From positions 1 through 38,417 of the forward strand of contig JAISBH010000157.1 of NCBI GenBank assembly GCA_031266295.1: a stretch of 38,417 nucleotides of DNA, given 5' to 3'. This DNA comes from Oscillospiraceae bacterium (GTDB lineage: Bacteria; Bacillota; Clostridia; Christensenellales; Aristaeellaceae). Shown here one piece after another: positions 36,520 through 38,417 of the stretch. The notes beneath the pieces are model-generated. The model was given only the letters and a program-made list of their open reading frames with translations. It was not told where the DNA came from and did not search any database. Both the position numbers and the translations under genes were made by a program. How positions within the stretch are numbered: position 1 is the stretch's first letter; every line of letters starts with the position of its first letter.

Positions 36520-36654
36520 ATTTTCGATACGCGGCAGGAATTCGCGGTAAGAGCATAGAATCATCATAAATAGGGCGAGGATGCGGTTTTCTCTTGTCTG
36601 TTGTTTCCTGTTGTTGCTCTTTTATGACTCAGACGGATATAGGAGGTGTCAGCC

Positions 36655-38235
36655 ATGGCTTCAACCTTGAACTTGGATGCGTTGGGCATTATCCACCCAA
36701 CGGCCGTCCATCGCAATCTATCGATTCCGGCGCTTACCGAGCGTGCAGTGGCGCGCGGTGAAGGCATTCTCAGCGAAACCGGCGCGCTGTGCGTATACAC
36801 GGGCAAATACACGGGCCGTTCGCCCGACGATAAGTTCATCGTCGACGAACCTTCCGTTCATGATCAGATCGATTGGGGCAAGGTCAACGTCCCTATCTCC
36901 GAGGCCAAATTCGCCAATCTGCATTCCAAGATCACCGCCTATCTTCAAAATCGCGAGGTATTCGTGTTTGACGGTTTTGCCGGCGCGGATCCGGAATACC
37001 GAGTCAACATCCGCGTGATAAACGAGCTGGCCAGCGAAAATCTGTTTATCCATCAGTTATTGCTGCGGCCGACCGCCGATGAACTGACGTCGTTCGCTCC
37101 GGACTTCACGATCATCGCAGCACCCGGATTCAAGGCCTCGCCTGAACTGGACGGCACGAACTCCGAGGCCGCCATTGTCGTCTCATTCGCGCAAAAGACC
37201 GTGCTCGTCGCCGGCAGCCAGTACGCGGGTGAAATCAAGAAGTCTGTGTTCTCTCTGATGAATTATTTGATGCCGCTGCGAGGCGTGTTTACTATGCACT
37301 GCTCCGCCAATATGGGCAAGGACGGCGACACCGCGCTGTTCTTCGGCCTGTCGGGCACGGGCAAGACGACGCTGTCCGCCGATCCCGATCGTTACCTGAT
37401 CGGCGACGACGAACACGGCTGGTCGCCCAACGGCATCTTCAATATCGAGGGTGGATGCTATGCCAAATGCATCAACCTGTCCAAAGAAAACGAGCCTCAG
37501 ATCTGGGACGCGATCAAGTTCGGAGCGCTGGTGGAGAACGTGGTCATTGATCCCGAGACGCGCAAGCTGGACTACAACGACGGTTCCATCACCGAGAACA
37601 CGCGAGTGGGTTATCCAGTCGAATATATCCCCAATACGAAGATCCCTGGTGTGGGCGGGCATCCAAAGACCGTCATCTTCCTCACTGCGGACGCATACGG
37701 CGTAATGCCCCCGATCGCCAAGCTGACCCGCGAGGCAGCTATGTACCACTTCGTAACTGGCTATACCGCCAGGCTTGCGGGCACAGAGCGCGGCGTCACA
37801 ACCCCGCAGGCCACGTTCAGTACGTGTTTCGGCGCGCCGTTCCTGCCGCTGCCGGCCAGCCGCTACGCGCATATGTTAGGCGAGTGCATTGATAAGCATG
37901 GCTCCAACGTGTACCTGGTGAATACCGGATGGTCCGGCGGTCCGGCGGGCGGCGGCGGCGGCCGTATGAAGATCAAGTACACCCGCGCAATGGTCACGGC
38001 CGCGCTCAACGGCGTGCTTGAGGACGGCGAGTTCACCCATGATCCGGTGTTCAACATGCTTGTGCCCAAGTCCTGCCCGAACGTGCCGGACGAGGTGCTC
38101 CAGCCGCGCAATACCTGGCAGGACAAGGACGCCTACGACAAATCCGCGAAGAATCTCGCGGGCTTGTTCCAAAAGAATTTCGAGAAGTACAAGGGTATGG
38201 ATGCAAAGATTGTCGCGGCCGGGCCAAAGGGCTGA
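36655..38235 (+). CDS. pckA: Phosphoenolpyruvate carboxykinase (ATP)
   Basis: RSPDDKF, kinase-1a [19 protein letters not shown] and NTGWSGG. ATG 36655 follows GGAGG by 8 nt. Confidence 0.95.
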   Translation: MASTLNLDALGIIHPTAVHRNLSIPALTERAVARGEGILSETGALCVYTGKYTGRSPDDKFIVDEPSVHDQIDWGKVNVPISEAKFANLHSKITAYLQNREVFVFDGFAGADPEYRVNIRVINELASENLFIHQLLLRPTADELTSFAPDFTIIAAPGFKASPELDGTNSEAAIVVSFAQKTVLVAGSQYAGEIKKSVFSLMNYLMPLRGVFTMHCSANMGKDGDTALFFGLSGTGKTTLSADPDRYLIGDDEHGWSPNGIFNIEGGCYAKCINLSKENEPQIWDAIKFGALVENVVIDPETRKLDYNDGSITENTRVGYPVEYIPNTKIPGVGGHPKTVIFLTADAYGVMPPIAKLTREAAMYHFVTGYTARLAGTERGVTTPQATFSTCFGAPFLPLPASRYAHMLGECIDKHGSNVYLVNTGWSGGPAGGGGGRMKIKYTRAMVTAALNGVLEDGEFTHDPVFNMLVPKSCPNVPDEVLQPRNTWQDKDAYDKSAKNLAGLFQKNFEKYKGMDAKIVAAGPKG

Positions 38236-38246
38236 CCACGTTACAG

Positions 38247-38279
38247 AAAAGGATCCGGGCGTCGCCCCGGATCCTTTTT
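38247..38279 (+). terminator. Rho-independent terminator
   Basis: 13-bp stem AAAAGGATCCGGG / CCCGGATCCTTTT, a 6-nt loop, and a T-run. Confidence 0.8.
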
Positions 38280-38417
38280 CATGGGCTTTCAATTCCTGTA
38301 ACCCTAGTGTTGTAGACATATTTTTCGTTCATACGCTTTGTTTCCTAATCTATATTTGAGATTTTCTTACCTGCCAGTAAAGTCTAATCCTTGACAGGCT
38401 CGCCCTAAAGATAGGAA

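Overview
A 38.4-kb chromosomal segment with two base-composition regimes. Bases 1 to about 3900 are visibly AT-rich (about 40% G+C by eye). The rest is GC-rich (above 60% by eye) and full of antisense shadow ORFs.

The GC-rich part looks like a Firmicutes/Clostridia-type chromosome. It keeps two gene orders known from Bacillus subtilis: mrnC-rlmB-yacP-sigH and metG-tatD-rsmA.

Genes from left to right:
1. AT-rich island, minus strand: own promoter, nitroreductase, a 131-aa single-pass HlyD-C-terminal-like protein, and two fused TMD-NBD ABC exporter genes. The second ABC gene runs off the left edge and is missing from the ORF track. An ISAs1-family transposase N-terminal stub bounds the island.
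2. A YkgJ-type cysteine-cluster protein, a histidine-free rhomboid-like membrane protein, and an orphan large solute-binding protein translationally coupled to it.
3. A divergent operon of MMPL transporter, secreted repeat protein, OmpR-type regulator and HAMP-PAS histidine kinase, driven from a bidirectional promoter with overlapping -10 boxes.
4. A 490-bp non-coding, hairpin-dense spacer.
5. A sugar cluster: GT1 glycosyltransferase, GH2 beta-galactosidase, LplB/LplC-type permeases, an LplA-type binding protein and rhamnulokinase.
6. mrnC-rlmB-yacP-sigH followed by a cytoplasmic GH18 enzyme.
7. A minus-strand dapF-lysC-AEC-TauE block with a small ORF downstream.
8. metG-tatD-rsmA and pckA.

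No rRNA, tRNA or CRISPR array was seen, and nothing resembles a canonical defence system. The most unusual items are:
- the AT-rich export island
- the dead-rhomboid/orphan-SBP pair
- the symmetric bidirectional promoter
- two predicted leaderless genes
- the structured 12955-13443 spacer
- a frameshifted permease with an N-terminal extension
- a three-tier hairpin between tatD and rsmA

All functional calls come from motif recognition by eye. No database search was run.
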